DNA from: Trichodelitschia bisporula
Lineage: Eukaryota
Direction: 5' to 3'
Length of the DNA: 64,000 bases
Assembly: GCA_010356995.1 (NCBI GenBank)
Contig: ML996694.1
Coordinates: 123,224-187,223, forward strand
The translations under genes were made by a program, and so were the position numbers. The notes beneath the pieces were generated by a model. It saw only the letters and a list, made by a program, of their open reading frames with translations, made no database searches and was not told the origin of the DNA. The number at the start of each line of letters is the position of its first letter. Position 1 is the stretch's first letter. Of the stretch, positions 1 through 11,982 are shown one piece after another.

Positions 1-865
1 GAGGGTAAAGGGATGGGTGTGGACGACGATGAATGCTTGATTGAACGGGCAAGCACCTCTATCATCCGAGCCGGTCGCGTCTTATGGCTGATGCATCGGC
101 TGGCCGCTGTAACAACCACTGCACTCCACTTTCTCAATTTGCTGATTTGAACAGGATGAACTATATATTGGATTCGATCAGGCGAACAAGCAGTTCTACG
201 TCGTCGCAAGCTCTGCTAGTCCAAGCCTTAGCGCAGGTATCATGGCGCCAGAAAGTGTTGATGACAATGTCGACCTCGTCATGTCGGATGCTTCGCTGCC
301 CGAGCCGATGCAGAACGATATCCCTTACAATGTACGGTATACCCCTCCCTCCCTTCCATGTCGCTAAACTTTTAAGGTTGTTGTTGTGGACAAGAGCACG
401 CTTGAACGGGATGAGTTCGAGGGAGTTGTGCAAATCCACTGGGACGTAATTGTTCCCTTTGAATGTAGGCTTTATCAACTCTGTCTAGCAAGACTACTCA
501 CGCTCGCAGTTGCCTCCCGTCTGCCTAAGGACTCGCTTGCCGAGAAGCGATTGCGTGATGCCATCAAAAATGGAAAGAGCAATGTCCGCGTCTGGACTCA
601 GGACGGCGACGACCGGACGGACGAGCTTCGGGTCAAGGACGAAGACGAGATGGACATAGACGGCCAAAATACGGCCATGCAGGACCAGGAGATTGTCATG
701 AAAATTGCACGGAGGGCCACTGATCTGAACCTGGACGGGAAAGAGGGCCAGGCTAAGACCGTACTTCTGACTGAAGATGGCGATGTAGAAACCAGGGCCC
801 TTGGCAGAGGACTCAAAGCGATGGCCTCCATGCTTGCCATCAAGTTGCGCGGCGGGAATGGGTGA
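1..865 (+). CDS. 3' part of an Est1/SMG6(Ebs1)-like protein with C-terminal PIN-like domain (5' end outside window)
   Basis: Introns 109-154, 332-376 (both phase 0) and probably 465-509 join ...RAGRVLWLMHRLAA/DELYIGFDQANKQFYV... to VVVVDKSTL...WDVIVPFE...QDQEIV...VLLTEDGDVETRALGRGL, the pattern of an Est1-type helical region end followed by a PIN fold; stop at 863-865. Confidence 0.6.
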
Positions 866-1011
866 TTCAACATACCTCCAGTGCTCCTTTTGGGTTGTCC
901 ATGTTCTGGATGGAGAGCCATGCCGTTGGTGGACTCCAACGGAAAATGCTTGACTCAACTTCCATCCCATATTGGTGGATCCTGACGGAAGCGCGTGATT
1001 CAAAATCCATG

Positions 1012-1126
1012 CCATGTTGGTGGAACTTATCCTTGGATCGGCAACAATGGCCATGATGGTTTAACTAGTCCTTGGATCGGCAACAATGCCATGTTGGTTT
1101 AACTTGTCCCTGGACCGGCAACCATG
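1012..1126. repeat. Imperfect tandem repeat, 3 x 38-39 bp
   Basis: Units at 1012, 1051 and 1089: CCATG(T/A)TGGT..AACT..TCC(T/C)TGGA(T/C)CGGCAAC(A/C)ATG. Confidence 0.9.
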
Positions 1127-2781
1127 CCGCTGATGGATATCGGACCCATCAGGCTCCCGCAGGCGGTACCGGGATTCCATGTTGGACCCAAACGGTGTGC
1201 TCTTTGTGCTGGTGTGGGCGAGGCCTCTCCCGGCGGTCTCCATAACGCGCCGTGAAGATGAGGTTCCCGACGCAATGTGGCTCGGTGGATATCCCTCAAC
1301 GGATAGCCGTGCTTTTGAATCAGACACGAGAAACGCAATGGACATGTACAAGACGTGATAGATTTTTTGTTCTCGGTTTTCGTCCTCTCAACGGCGGGAA
1401 TCTTGTTCTCAGTTTCGACCTCTCTTTCGCGGAATTCTGCCTCCCAGATCCATGTTTGACTGTACTCATGTTGTTTGCTCATGCTTCTTGGACTGTGTGA
1501 GGGTTGGCAGCGCATTCATGGATATCACACCTGGATTTTTTAATACGTTTCACGGCTGAATGATTACTGTTACCGTACAAGGGCTGCGAGCGTCCCTCTC
1601 TGCCCAAGTTGAAAGCCGTATCCCCGCTTTGTACGGTACATGGAGTCGCCGTGACGCTTTTCGTTTGTCTGCAACCGGATTAAGGGACTGCCCCTCACCC
1701 TAGTAAGGCGGGGATGCCGCTGACACTTCTTTCTTGACTGAACCCTTGTCCACTCTCCCCCCACTCCCACCTCCTGCCCCACCAGGGTTGTTCTTTTTGG
1801 CCAAGGCGGCGAATGGCGATGGCGATTTGCACACCTCAAGAGTTGAAATCTGCTGGAGCGCGGAGTTTTGCACGTGTGGCTTGAACGCCTGGAATTTTCC
1901 CTCCTTCAACCGCTTTGCCTTTTCCCCTCCTCCTACACTCGTACTGCTTTGGACGTTGCATGTGGCTTGAAAGCCTGGCTTTTCGGGGTCCAAGGGCTAC
2001 CGCAAAAGTTGTGTCACCTCCCTCCCGGCTGTTGGTAGAGGCAACCGACGGAGGTTGGTCCGTCTCTGGAGGCGTCTCTGGCCGCATCCCTCTTTGAGGC
2101 GTCACTGACAGAGTCTCTCTTTAAGACGTCTATGACAGCGTGCCGTGCGTGCCTCCAACCCCTCCACCCGGCCAGTCCTCCATACCCCTCTTCACCCCAC
2201 GCCGGCCCGCACCACTACCTCCGGTTTGCGAAGGGAGAACCACGTTGCGCATCAAAGATTCATCAGACTGCTCGCCTACGTGCCATCGACGCCCAATAAA
2301 GTTGTGGCTCACGATAGACCGGGCAACGAAGCTGATCTCTCTGCAAGCTCGGAGAGCTCGGCCTAAGACCGTTTTGATCCCCCTATTACGGGAAGTCCTT
2401 CTGTACTACAAGACCTCCGATAACGGAAACTACATGAATACCTATCTACGGTTTGTTGCATAGAGGAGCACTGATATGATGCTTCCCCAGAAGGAGTGCA
2501 GGTGACATTTTTCCTGAAATGTGGCCGTCGTAGGTATCAGCTGGTTACGAAGGCGTTAGGAGGGCAAGGTCGAAGAGAGGCCGAGAGGGGCAAAATTGGC
2601 GTGGGGGAACGTCGAGGTACGGCGGGGTGGCATTGGGGCATGGTGGTGGACCCCGGTATAGGGAACCGAATTTTTCTCCGCATTCTAACGCTTGGGCAGA
2701 GCTTTGGGCAGTACCTGAAGGCGTAGGGCTGAGGTCGACCCGCATCCGTCCCCCTACATGGCTGTGGCCGACCAGCCTGGC

Positions 2782-2952
2782 CCCCACAAGGCTGAGACCG
2801 AGCCACGTCGTCCCTATGACGAGCCTTGTCGTCCCTACGAGGCTATGACCAAAAAGCATCATCCCCACAAGGCTGGGACTGAACCACATCGTCCCTGCAA
2901 GGCTGTAACCGAGCCTCGCCATCTCCACCAGACGACAACCAAATACCACCGG
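2782..2952 (+). repeat. Degenerate 30-bp (10-codon) tandem repeat inside a short His/Pro-rich ORF (2758-3057)
   Basis: PHKAETEPRR / PYDEPCR / PYEAMTKKHH / PHKAGTEPHR / PCKAVTEPRH / LHQTTTKYHR. Confidence 0.6.
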
Positions 2953-3481
2953 CAAACGCACCTTCACCCTCGCATCCTCACTGACCTTACTCTCCAGCCT
3001 ACACCATCTTTCAAACCACCGCCGTCATTCCCGGACCCTGTACCGATTCCACAGTAGCCGTGAAGGACCCAAGGCACGCCACGTCATCATTTAGTTCCCC
3101 CAGACGCGAGAAGGCCGTCTTGATATTCCAGCCATGGAGGATGACATGCCGGGGATGTCGCACTCCCAAAGCTCCATACGCCGAACCAAACCACAGCCAA
3201 GCAACGCGCAGGACCCATCTCAAGTATACTTATCATGCCGCCGTCACGGCGCTCGCCCTCTGCCTCCTTCTACCCATTTATCACACTCCACCTCCGCTCT
3301 AGACCACGACTCATACTCACCCACAACGCATCACCACCCCACAACCTGCTACTAACACTCACCCCCAACCCACCTCCACCACCCACAATCCGCCTCACAC
3401 CCACCCGTAACCCCCTCTACACACACCCTCCCTCACTCTATATACCAACTAACATCCCCCAGCCCCTTCAAACCACCAGGC

Positions 3482-4219
3482 ATGTCCACCCCCTGCCCCT
3501 CTCTCGCCCCGTATAAAACCGCAAAGCGGAGGAAACTTCATACCCTCACCAACCCTCGGGCCCCCTCCCCAGCACTCGAGCAGAATGGGGCGAACACAGC
3601 ACCATCTTCCCCGCACCCCAACTACCCTCCGCTCACCCCCAGCCTCCGCCCCCGGATCCCGTCTTTTCACCGACCGGTCCGGCGCCTTATCCAACCACGC
3701 GCCTGACCTCGCCGTACCCCGCCCCAACAGGTGCAGAAATCCTCCCTTCAACACAACGCCGGCCGAGACCGAGGCGTGGATAATCCCCCTCGGGCACGCA
3801 CACACCATCCCGCTTCTTTCGCCACCACACAACCCCTCTCGCCGTCACACCCCCCCCCCCCTCCCCCTCCTCAAATCAAGAATGGACACCCATCCCCCCC
3901 GCCCTCGAAGAAGCGAAACAGCTGGTGGCTGGCGCGGACGGCGCGGGAGTGTGCGGTTAGACGGGAGAGGGAGCGGGTTAGAGAAGAAAGGGAACGGACT
4001 AGACGGGAGAAGGAAAGGGCGAGACGAGAGGCGGAGAGGGTGGGGTGGGTAAGGGTTGGGGATGAGCAGATACCGCGACGGGCGATGGAGGATGAGCAGA
4101 TACCGCGGTGGGTGGCTGAGGGGGTGTTACACACTGTAAGCTATGTTGCTGGTGCTGGCGCGGGGCTCAGTGCGTTGAGCAGGTGGGCGGGGAATAAGCT
4201 TGGGTTTGGAGGGGGTTGA
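3482..4219 (+). CDS. Hypothetical Pro-rich protein with Arg/Glu coiled-coil, 2 exons
   Basis: ATG 3482 after a TATA-like TATATA (~3439); phase-0 intron 3677-3730 (GTCCGG...CCTGAC...AACAG) fuses ORF 3482-3706 in frame to ORF 3731-4219. Confidence 0.5.
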
Positions 4220-4551
4220 AGGTGGGTTTGTTTGCTGGAGGTAAGGGGGGATATACCGTGCAGAGAATTCGTCTTCAAGTCTATCGAAATTCGTAGAACA
4301 TACCATTAGTGCTGCCTAACCGCGACTCCTTTCGCCTACGTACGCCGTGGAGATATCCGTCGAATCGTCGAATCGACTCCGATAGTATGTAACCGTGCAC
4401 TACGTCACAATCCGCGAAGACTTTCGACGATAGATAATCCCCAGATCGTACCCATATTAGCGCCTCAGACGCGAACCCCCGGAACCCAGTTGCATGCTTG
4501 ACCCATCCCCCGAAAACACAGTCCAGCGCCCCTTACCTTGTCAAGGTCCAG

Positions 4552-6933
4552 CTAGTTACCCCACGAGTACTCCATCTTCACCCGGAACAAGTATCGCAGC
4601 CGAATCTGCTCCACATCATAAACGATATACTCGTTGTACTGCAGGTACCCGTCGGTCAGGCTCGCCGGCGGGTCAGAGACATCCGGCTTTTGCATGCGTT
4701 AGCCCACGATCCGCTCGTATTGGCCCAAAAGAACGGCTTACCATCGTCGTCCCCTCAAGCGTAGGATGCACACATCCCGCATCCTTCCACTTGGCAGGCC
4801 CCGCCTGCCCGCGCCCCAGCGTGGTGAGGCACCCCGCCTTCTGCGCCTTCTCACCAGCATCGTAATCCGCATTTGTGAGTTCGAAGAGCGGTTTGCCGAG
4901 CTCAGCCTCACACAGCCTAGACAAATCAGTCGCGTCCACAGCATAAACTAGCATCGGGACTTACAAAAGCAATCCCACACCCCCCGATTGCTGGTGGAAG
5001 CAGTAATTCGCGCTCTTGCTGCTCATGTCCGCCATGTACACGCCCTTGCCGTACATGTACCCAGACACCGGGGCCTCGGGCGGGGCGATGCGGAGCCCCT
5101 GACTCAAAATACCACCGAAGTTTGTGGTGCGGCTGCCGTGCCAGAGGAGACGACGGTCGGCTGCCAGGGATCCGTAGGGCGACTTGTCGAAGCGCGCGAA
5201 TTCGCCGTTGCGTTCGATGCGGAAGATTTCTTCGACTTCGTATCTCAGGGCGTGGGTGCTGGCGCGCGTGTGCACCAGGTAGTCCTGCAGCTCCTTGAAC
5301 TCCTGCGAGGTGGGGTCGAGGGGGGTCATTTCTGAGAGGCCCAGGCCTTCGAATTGCCTGTCGAGCGGGTTGACGACTGGGCCGGCCTGTTTGGATTTGG
5401 CCTCCTTCATGATCTCCTCTGCTACTTTCATGTCGCTGAGGGACTCGAGGAGGGCGATTTCGCGCTTGAGGATGTCCGCATCGGCGATGATTCGAGGGCG
5501 GCTGCGACCGAAGTCGTGGGGGATGGTGCTGTAGTACGCGTTTGTGAGATCGTTCTTCTGCCCATTGACCTCCATCACAGTAAGAGCTGGATCCGGAGTG
5601 AGAATTAGAGCCGCGAGTTCCTGTCACGGTCAGTGCTATCCGTTATAGCGATGTCGAAAGTACCTTCAAACACAGGTAACCACGCTCAAGCGTCCGCTTG
5701 CTCAACTTCCCCAGAGGCAGCTTCCGCGCATCGTAGTTCAGGTCCTGCATGACCGAGTTCATGTAGAATGGGTTGAAGATCAACTCCATGAGTTGCTGCA
5801 CCGGCTTCGCCAGCTTGCTCTCCGGCGTGCGAGCGGCATCGAGTTCCAGTTCCGTCTTGGGATCCTCAGTTGAGGGCTCCACATCGCTGTTGTCGGGCTC
5901 ATAGTTACGTTCAACGAACGTGTACTTGTTCGGACGGGGCGAGTTGAAGCGGTCAGCGAACTTCAGGCCACTCTTGTCCTTGAACTTTTTGTCAAACAGC
6001 TTCATAGCAGCGTCAATGCTACCCGTTTTGAGCATGGCACTCTGGCCGCTCTCACCGACGCGACCCCAGCGCGTCCACACGTCATACGACTTGCTGACCT
6101 TCGACTCAAGAAGCTACGTGGGTTAGCCTGGGCTGACACAGGGCGGTTAACATACCTGGATGCGGTAGAACTTGTTGTTGTTTCCAGACACGTTGGTCTG
6201 ATTCAGTGACGCATCCCACACGGTGCCATCATCGCCGACGTAGACAGTGTAGGTGCCTGGTCCATTAGCCACGTCCCAGAGCCAGAAGTGAGCACGTACC
6301 CCAATTGCTGCAGTGATCGTCAACTGGTGCGGTCCAGACTTTCTTCTGCGCATCGTCAATTCGGTTCTTTTGTATCAGTAGAGAAAATATGTTTACGGGT
6401 ATGGATGCTTGGGAGTCCTTCTTGTCAGTCTTAGTATCCTTCACAGGCTTGCCGTCGACAGCGGCAACCGGCTCATCAGCCTTCTTCTTCCCCTTCCCCT
6501 TCCCTTTGGCCTTCGTCACTGGCTCATCGTCGTCAGCCGGAGCCGGTTCATCAGCCTTCTTTTTCCCTTTGCCCTTCGCCGCGGGCTTTTCGTCATCGGG
6601 CACAGCATCAGCGGCCTTCTTCGTAGCACGAGCCCGCTTCTTCAGCTCGGGCTTAACCTCCTCATCAACCTCGTCCACATCCATCGCCTGAACAGCAGCC
6701 AAGACATCAGGCTGATCACCAGTAAGATCAAGCGTCTCAACCTCAGCGCCCTTCAGCGCACTACGCCCCCTTCTCGGCGGAGCAGGAGCAGGGACAGGTT
6801 GTTCGTTCTGTGCATCATCCTTCGCGGTGGCAGTAGCCTTCTTGCCCCTCGCACGCTTAGGCGGGGGAGGGGCGTCGTTGTCGCTGCCTGTGGTGGGTGG
6901 GACGGCCGCAGCTGTGCGTTTCTTGGGGGGCAT
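4552..6933 (-). CDS. prpA: Poly(ADP-ribose) polymerase (WGR + regulatory + catalytic domains), multi-exon
   Basis: WGR (NNNKFYRIQ, WTRWGRVG), regulatory domain (KLPLGKLSK, YYSTIPHDFG), catalytic H-Y-E triad in LLWHGSRTTNF, GYMYGKGVYMAD, YLQYNEYIVY; ATG 6933 (MPPKKR), TAG at 4552-4554. Confidence 0.95.
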
Positions 6934-7514
6934 ATTGAAGGCAAGTGGTAGAGAAGAATGGAGTTGAATGGGGTCGAATGATGGGGATAAGAGGATGGAG
7001 GTGACGCGGGATTTCGAGATGGGATGTCGTTCATTTATGTATCTCGTTGAACTGGTACGCGACTGGTTGGTGGCTGCAGGCAACAGCTCCCCCTGTCGTC
7101 GAGGCACCGACCACCAACGGCGCGCGGAGTCACGGGATTGGCAGGCTGCACCAACCGTCGAAAGTCTGGACCTGAGACGGAAACAAGTGAGGAACCTGAA
7201 AGTAAAGGCAATGAAGGCAACCGAAGGGTGATCATGTACTTAGCCTGTAGTCAGTAAGGCACCAACAGCGCTACGCTGTCAACAGAAAGATGAAGCCATT
7301 CGCCCCACATTGAACCACTCAAACGTGCGCACAAAGCCGCCTCGCATTTCAAGTACCTGGAGCGGAAGTATGCCCGTCAAAGACATCAGCCCAAATCCCC
7401 TGATCTAGCACATCAACCTCCCAACGCCGGAACACCACATCCCGTGAAAATCCCCATCCCAACCGAAATCCCGAATCCGTCATCATGTAGTAATACAGCC
7501 CATCATACCCAGCA

Positions 7515-8474
7515 CTACTCCTCCGCCTCGACCTTCTTCCGCCTCCTCGTCCCCGTTCCAGGAGCCGCACGCTTCTTTTTGGGCGCCGGAGTGGGAGCCT
7601 CCTCCTCGCCTTCCTCGCTCATGTCCTCTGTCTTCGCTCCACGTGTCGCGGGCGCTGGCGCATCCGCCACTTTGCTCACGATCTCGCTGAGGAAGTCGAA
7701 TTGCTCGTCTTTTTGCACGGCTTGCTTGAGGTGGCTAGAGAGTACGCGCTTTGACGACCGCGCTTTGGCTTCCTCGGCTGCCTTGCCGACGAGGGAAATC
7801 ATGAAGAGCTCGAGAGCTTTTGCTGTGGAGAGTCAGTTCGGTTTTCATGGAGGCTGCAGCACTTCAAACGTGGGACACTTACACACAACGACTGGCGTCA
7901 CCTGCGCCACCTTGCCCACATCCTCATCCGCCTGCATGATCCGCTTGATCCGCGCCACAGGAAACTTGGTGCGCACCTCAATCCCCTCCTGCACACCAGG
8001 CGCACGACTCTCCGGCTCAGGCGCCGGCTCCTCCACCTTCACACGCTTCGCCTGGCGCCTCTTGGGAGCCACAACCTCCTCCTCATCCTCATCCATAGGG
8101 TCATCATCATGCTGCGGCATCTTCGCCACCGCAGCAACAGCAGCAGCGCGACGAGGCGGCATATCGTAATCCGGCTTTGCGTACACCGGATTCGCGTAAA
8201 CCGGCGTCTTGTAGTTCGTCTGCGGCGCAAAAGGCGATGACGCAGGGTAGGTCTGCGAGGGCACGGCACTCCCCGGCGGCGGCAAAAAAGCGGGGACGAG
8301 TGGGTCGGCGAGCGTGTGCGTGGGACTCGGGTTCGCGGTTGGGGGCAGGGCGAAGGGCGAAATGTGCGAGACGGAGCCGCGATAGGATTGGTGCTGTGGG
8401 TGGATGGTTTCTGGCGGGGAGGGCGCGGAGAGGTCCGGGGACTGCGGCGCGTAGGAGCTCTCTGGGGATTCCAT
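7515..8474 (-). CDS. BUR6: NC2 alpha / DRAP1 histone-fold transcription cofactor
   Basis: [28 protein letters not shown], intron, then [11 protein letters not shown]...[19 protein letters not shown]; Pro-rich N-terminal extension; start codon choice uncertain. Confidence 0.9.
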
Positions 8475-9220
8475 GGACCGGGCGGCGGGCGGGTGCGGCG
8501 TTATATGAGGTGGGTTTTTTTTGCGTAGAGGGGCAGCGCTAGCGCGGAGCGAGGAGTGGGGTTGGCTTGCTTTTTTTTTTGCGAGCAGATGCAAGTGCGC
8601 GTTTGGGTGGCGGTGCTAGTTGGTGATAGGTGCTTGCTGTGTGTGGTTGGACGCGTCGCAGTTTGGCTGTTGGTGAGGGGAAGCTTTGCTTTAGGGCGGG
8701 TGGATAGCTGGCCTGCTTTGCTTGCTGGAAGTGGTGGCCGGGAATGGTGAATTTATCGGTTCACCAGCAACACGCAACACACGCAAACAAAACAACGGGT
8801 AGCTTCGTCGTCACTCCCCAACACCATGCGCCGAATACTTGCGGTTCCCACAACCTGGGAAAACGAGAGAAAAAAAGATCACGTGCAGCAAGACAGACAC
8901 CAGACGCAACCTGCCTTCTCCGCTCTTCGCAGCGGAGAATTTTCAAGAGGAGGGGAAGAAAAAGGGACTTCGATATGTGAGACCGTCTGACGTCCCTTAC
9001 GCTCAGCACGGCACGCCGAGCGAGCCCGCACAAGCGGGCAACGGGCAAGCCTTAAGTAGCGAACGCGCTGCTGGTGCCCAGGTTTCGACGCGGCCGCGCT
9101 AGACTCCTTGCAGCCTAGGCCTGGACGGTGCGTGCGGAAGTGAGGCGTTCTTAGGATGAGGGAATAGGCGCTGTAGCCGCAGCCGCGAAGACGCGTTGTG
9201 AGCGGGGATCGAGATCGTCA

Positions 9221-9310
9221 CTCTCTTCCTCTCCTCTCTTCCTCTCCTCTCTTCCTCTCCTCTCTTCCTCTCCTCTCTTCCTCTCCTCTCTTCCTCTCCT
9301 CTCTTCTCTC
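9221..9310. repeat. Pure polypyrimidine minisatellite, ~7 x 13 bp (CTCTCTTCCTCTC)
   Basis: Directly visible near-perfect tandem array. Confidence 0.95.
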
Positions 9311-9715
9311 ACTTCTCACGTTGCAGTCATTTCGACTCGCACCCGGCACCCTATGATGACAAACGAGCTCTAAGGCGGATGCGTCTTGCGCGTACTCCCC
9401 TCCAATGCCTTTCCGTTCCGGAGCCGGTTCTGGTACGCTGGAGCCTGGTTCTGCGGGCGGAAGGTATGGTGCGGGAAGCCGATGACGGTTTAACTTGATC
9501 TAATCTGAGGGTGCTGGGTTCGTGCTATCAGGACGAGATGGACATTGCCTTCGCAGACTCACTGCACGAGAAGCTAAGTACAGAATACATATGGCTTCCG
9601 CAGACTCAATCAGAACGGACCTTACCAGGCAGGAAGCAGAAACTAGACTACTACAGTACAAGAACGCCTTCACAAGAGCTCCGTCTTACTACTTTCGAAA
9701 CACCACATAGCCAAT

Positions 9716-11083
9716 CTAGTCCAACATGTCTACCTCGATCTTGCAACCCGCCTTCCGTAGCCGCTCCACATACCCCTCTCCCAGCGTCGCCGGCGTCACC
9801 ATCCCACCGCCAATCTTCCGCGCGTAGAAGTCTCCACCATCCAGCACCTCCAGCGCCGCCTCTGCCAACATAACACCGGTCAGATAATACCCGGGGCCAG
9901 TATAATCGAACGTGGCCACCGCACGCCGCGCCGGCTGCGCATCCGCCACCGCAGTTGCCTTGTACCGCAGCACATTGTGCTTAGCCTCCTCCTTCGTCTG
10001 GCCCTCGCCCGGCGCATACGCGAGACGCTTGAGCAGTGAGCGGATGGGCTTGAACACCAATCCCAGCATCAGCAGGCCGAATGCGTAGGCCGTCAGCGCG
10101 CCCGTGAAGGCGTTGCGCGTGCGCATGTACTCGCTGAAGCGGAAGTTGGGCCCGTATAGCGCGCCGTTGTCGAAGAGGCCCCATGAGCGGTTGACGATGG
10201 GGATGTCGGATCCGGCTTGAGGGGAGGTGGTTAGCACGCCCAGGTCCGGCACGGTGCGGTAGCCGAGCAGCTTGGATAGGATGCCGCCGGGAGAAAACTT
10301 GGGGGGTGCGGGGATGGGGCAGAGTGCGAAGGGGTGCATGGATTTGCGGAGGACTTTGAGTGGATAGGCTTCGATGAGTGAGATGGCGGTGGTGGCGGTG
10401 CCGCCGGAGATGGCGCCGCTGCGCACGTTAGTATGCGTCAAGGAAGCCGGCGTAGGGAACAAACGAGATTTTCTGCAGGCTGTTGACGACTTCGCGGACG
10501 CCGGTGTTGAGCGTCTTGCGAACGTGCCGCACCAGAAGCCAGGCGAGGAGGTCGGCGGGGACAGAGTCGATGCCGCATTGGGGGATAATCTGCACATTAG
10601 AGCTGAATTTCGAGCAGCGGAAAACCTACGAAGCTGCCATTTGCCTTCGCCGTCTCATGATACTTCTGGAGCATCTCGTACACCCATGGTACCTCGCCCG
10701 TGACGTCGAGATAATGGGTGCCGTTCTTCGCGCATGCCTCCACCACGGGCGAGCCAAATTTCCAGTACGGGCCGACTGTCGAGATGAGGACCGTTGTCTT
10801 TTTGGCAAGCGCGTCCAGCTCCGCCGCATCGAGCGAGACAACCTCAATCGCTATACTGTAAGCCGAGGTTTCCGGAAGCGAGCAGCCGCATCCTACCTGG
10901 CTGTACGCGATCCGCATTCAGCGTCTTAAGCTCCGCTGCAATACTTTCGAGCCGTTGACCATTGCGCCCGGCAATTGCCCACTTCAGATTGGTGCGCGCA
11001 TGCTCCTGGATGTACTCGGCGGTGAACTTGCCAGTGTACCCGGTGGCACCGAGCAGCACAATATCGTAGGTGCGGGAGGACAT
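9716..11083 (-). CDS. Saccharopine dehydrogenase-like oxidoreductase (SCCPDH family), 4 exons
   Basis: YDIVLLGATGYTG Rossmann motif, WAIAGRN, STVGPYWKFGSPVVEAC, HYLDVTGE, CGIDSVPADL, SGGT, GYYLTG, GGMVTPA; three canonical introns. Confidence 0.9.
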
Positions 11084-11509
11084 TGTGGATGTGGGGCTTT
11101 CGATGGAAGATGCGGTCATCAATTCTCTTTATCTTGCCACATAGATCTACTTTACGCTAGGTATTGCGGCCTATTACTCCATTGGGGAAATTGCGCCGAC
11201 GAGGCATATGAGCTGGGCGTTCATTTGACATGTGCTGCAAGTGCAGCAAACTTGAAATTTCAAAGCCTCTCAATCAAAGCAGTAGGACTACAGAAGTTGT
11301 CATTGGTTGTTGCGGTAAGACGAGATGTCCCGAAGAGTGAAACGAGCCAAACTTGTCACGGATTCTCCAAAATCACGTGAGACGTGGAAAGCACGGGCCT
11401 CCCACTCGACTGGCAATCGCCAAGCCCCACAAGCGAAAATCAACCCAAATCGCCGACTACAACTTCACACCTTCACTCACCACCCGGAACCCCAGACACT
11501 CCCGACAAA

Positions 11510-11982
11510 ATGACGAAGCGCACCAAGAGTCAGTTTCCTGATGCATGCGATGAGTGTTGATAGTTGCTAACTCTCCACAGAGGTCGGTGTCACCGGCAAG
11601 TACGGTACTAGGTACGCAATTGAAATCGCAGCCCGCACGGCGAACCGTTCTGACAGCACAGATATGGTGCCTCCCTCCGCAAGCAGGTCAAGAAGATGGA
11701 AATCACACAGCACGCCAAATACAGTAAGCAGGATGACCCCGCCTCCCTGCTCCGCTAACAACAACAGCGTGCACCTTCTGCGGCAAGAACACCGTGAAGC
11801 GTCACTCCGTCGGCATCTGGTCGTGCAAGGCCTGCAAGAAGACGGTCGCTGGTGGTGCCTGGACAGTCTCGTGAGTCTTCTTCACAGACGATGCGTAAGG
11901 CAGCAACTAACTGGGCAGGACTCCGGCTGCGGCTGCAACTCGCTCAACGATCCGTCGTCTGCGTGAGATCATTGAGACCTAA
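11510..11982 (+). CDS. RPL43: 60S ribosomal protein eL43 (L37a), 5 exons
   Basis: Spliced product [92 protein letters not shown] with a C4 zinc ribbon. Confidence 0.97.

Noticed and set aside
2340..2620. Faint staphylococcal-nuclease-like wording (YMNTYL...EG...EAERGKIG)
   Set aside because: Requires frame changes and lacks the DGDT and D.YGR catalytic motifs; not supportable.
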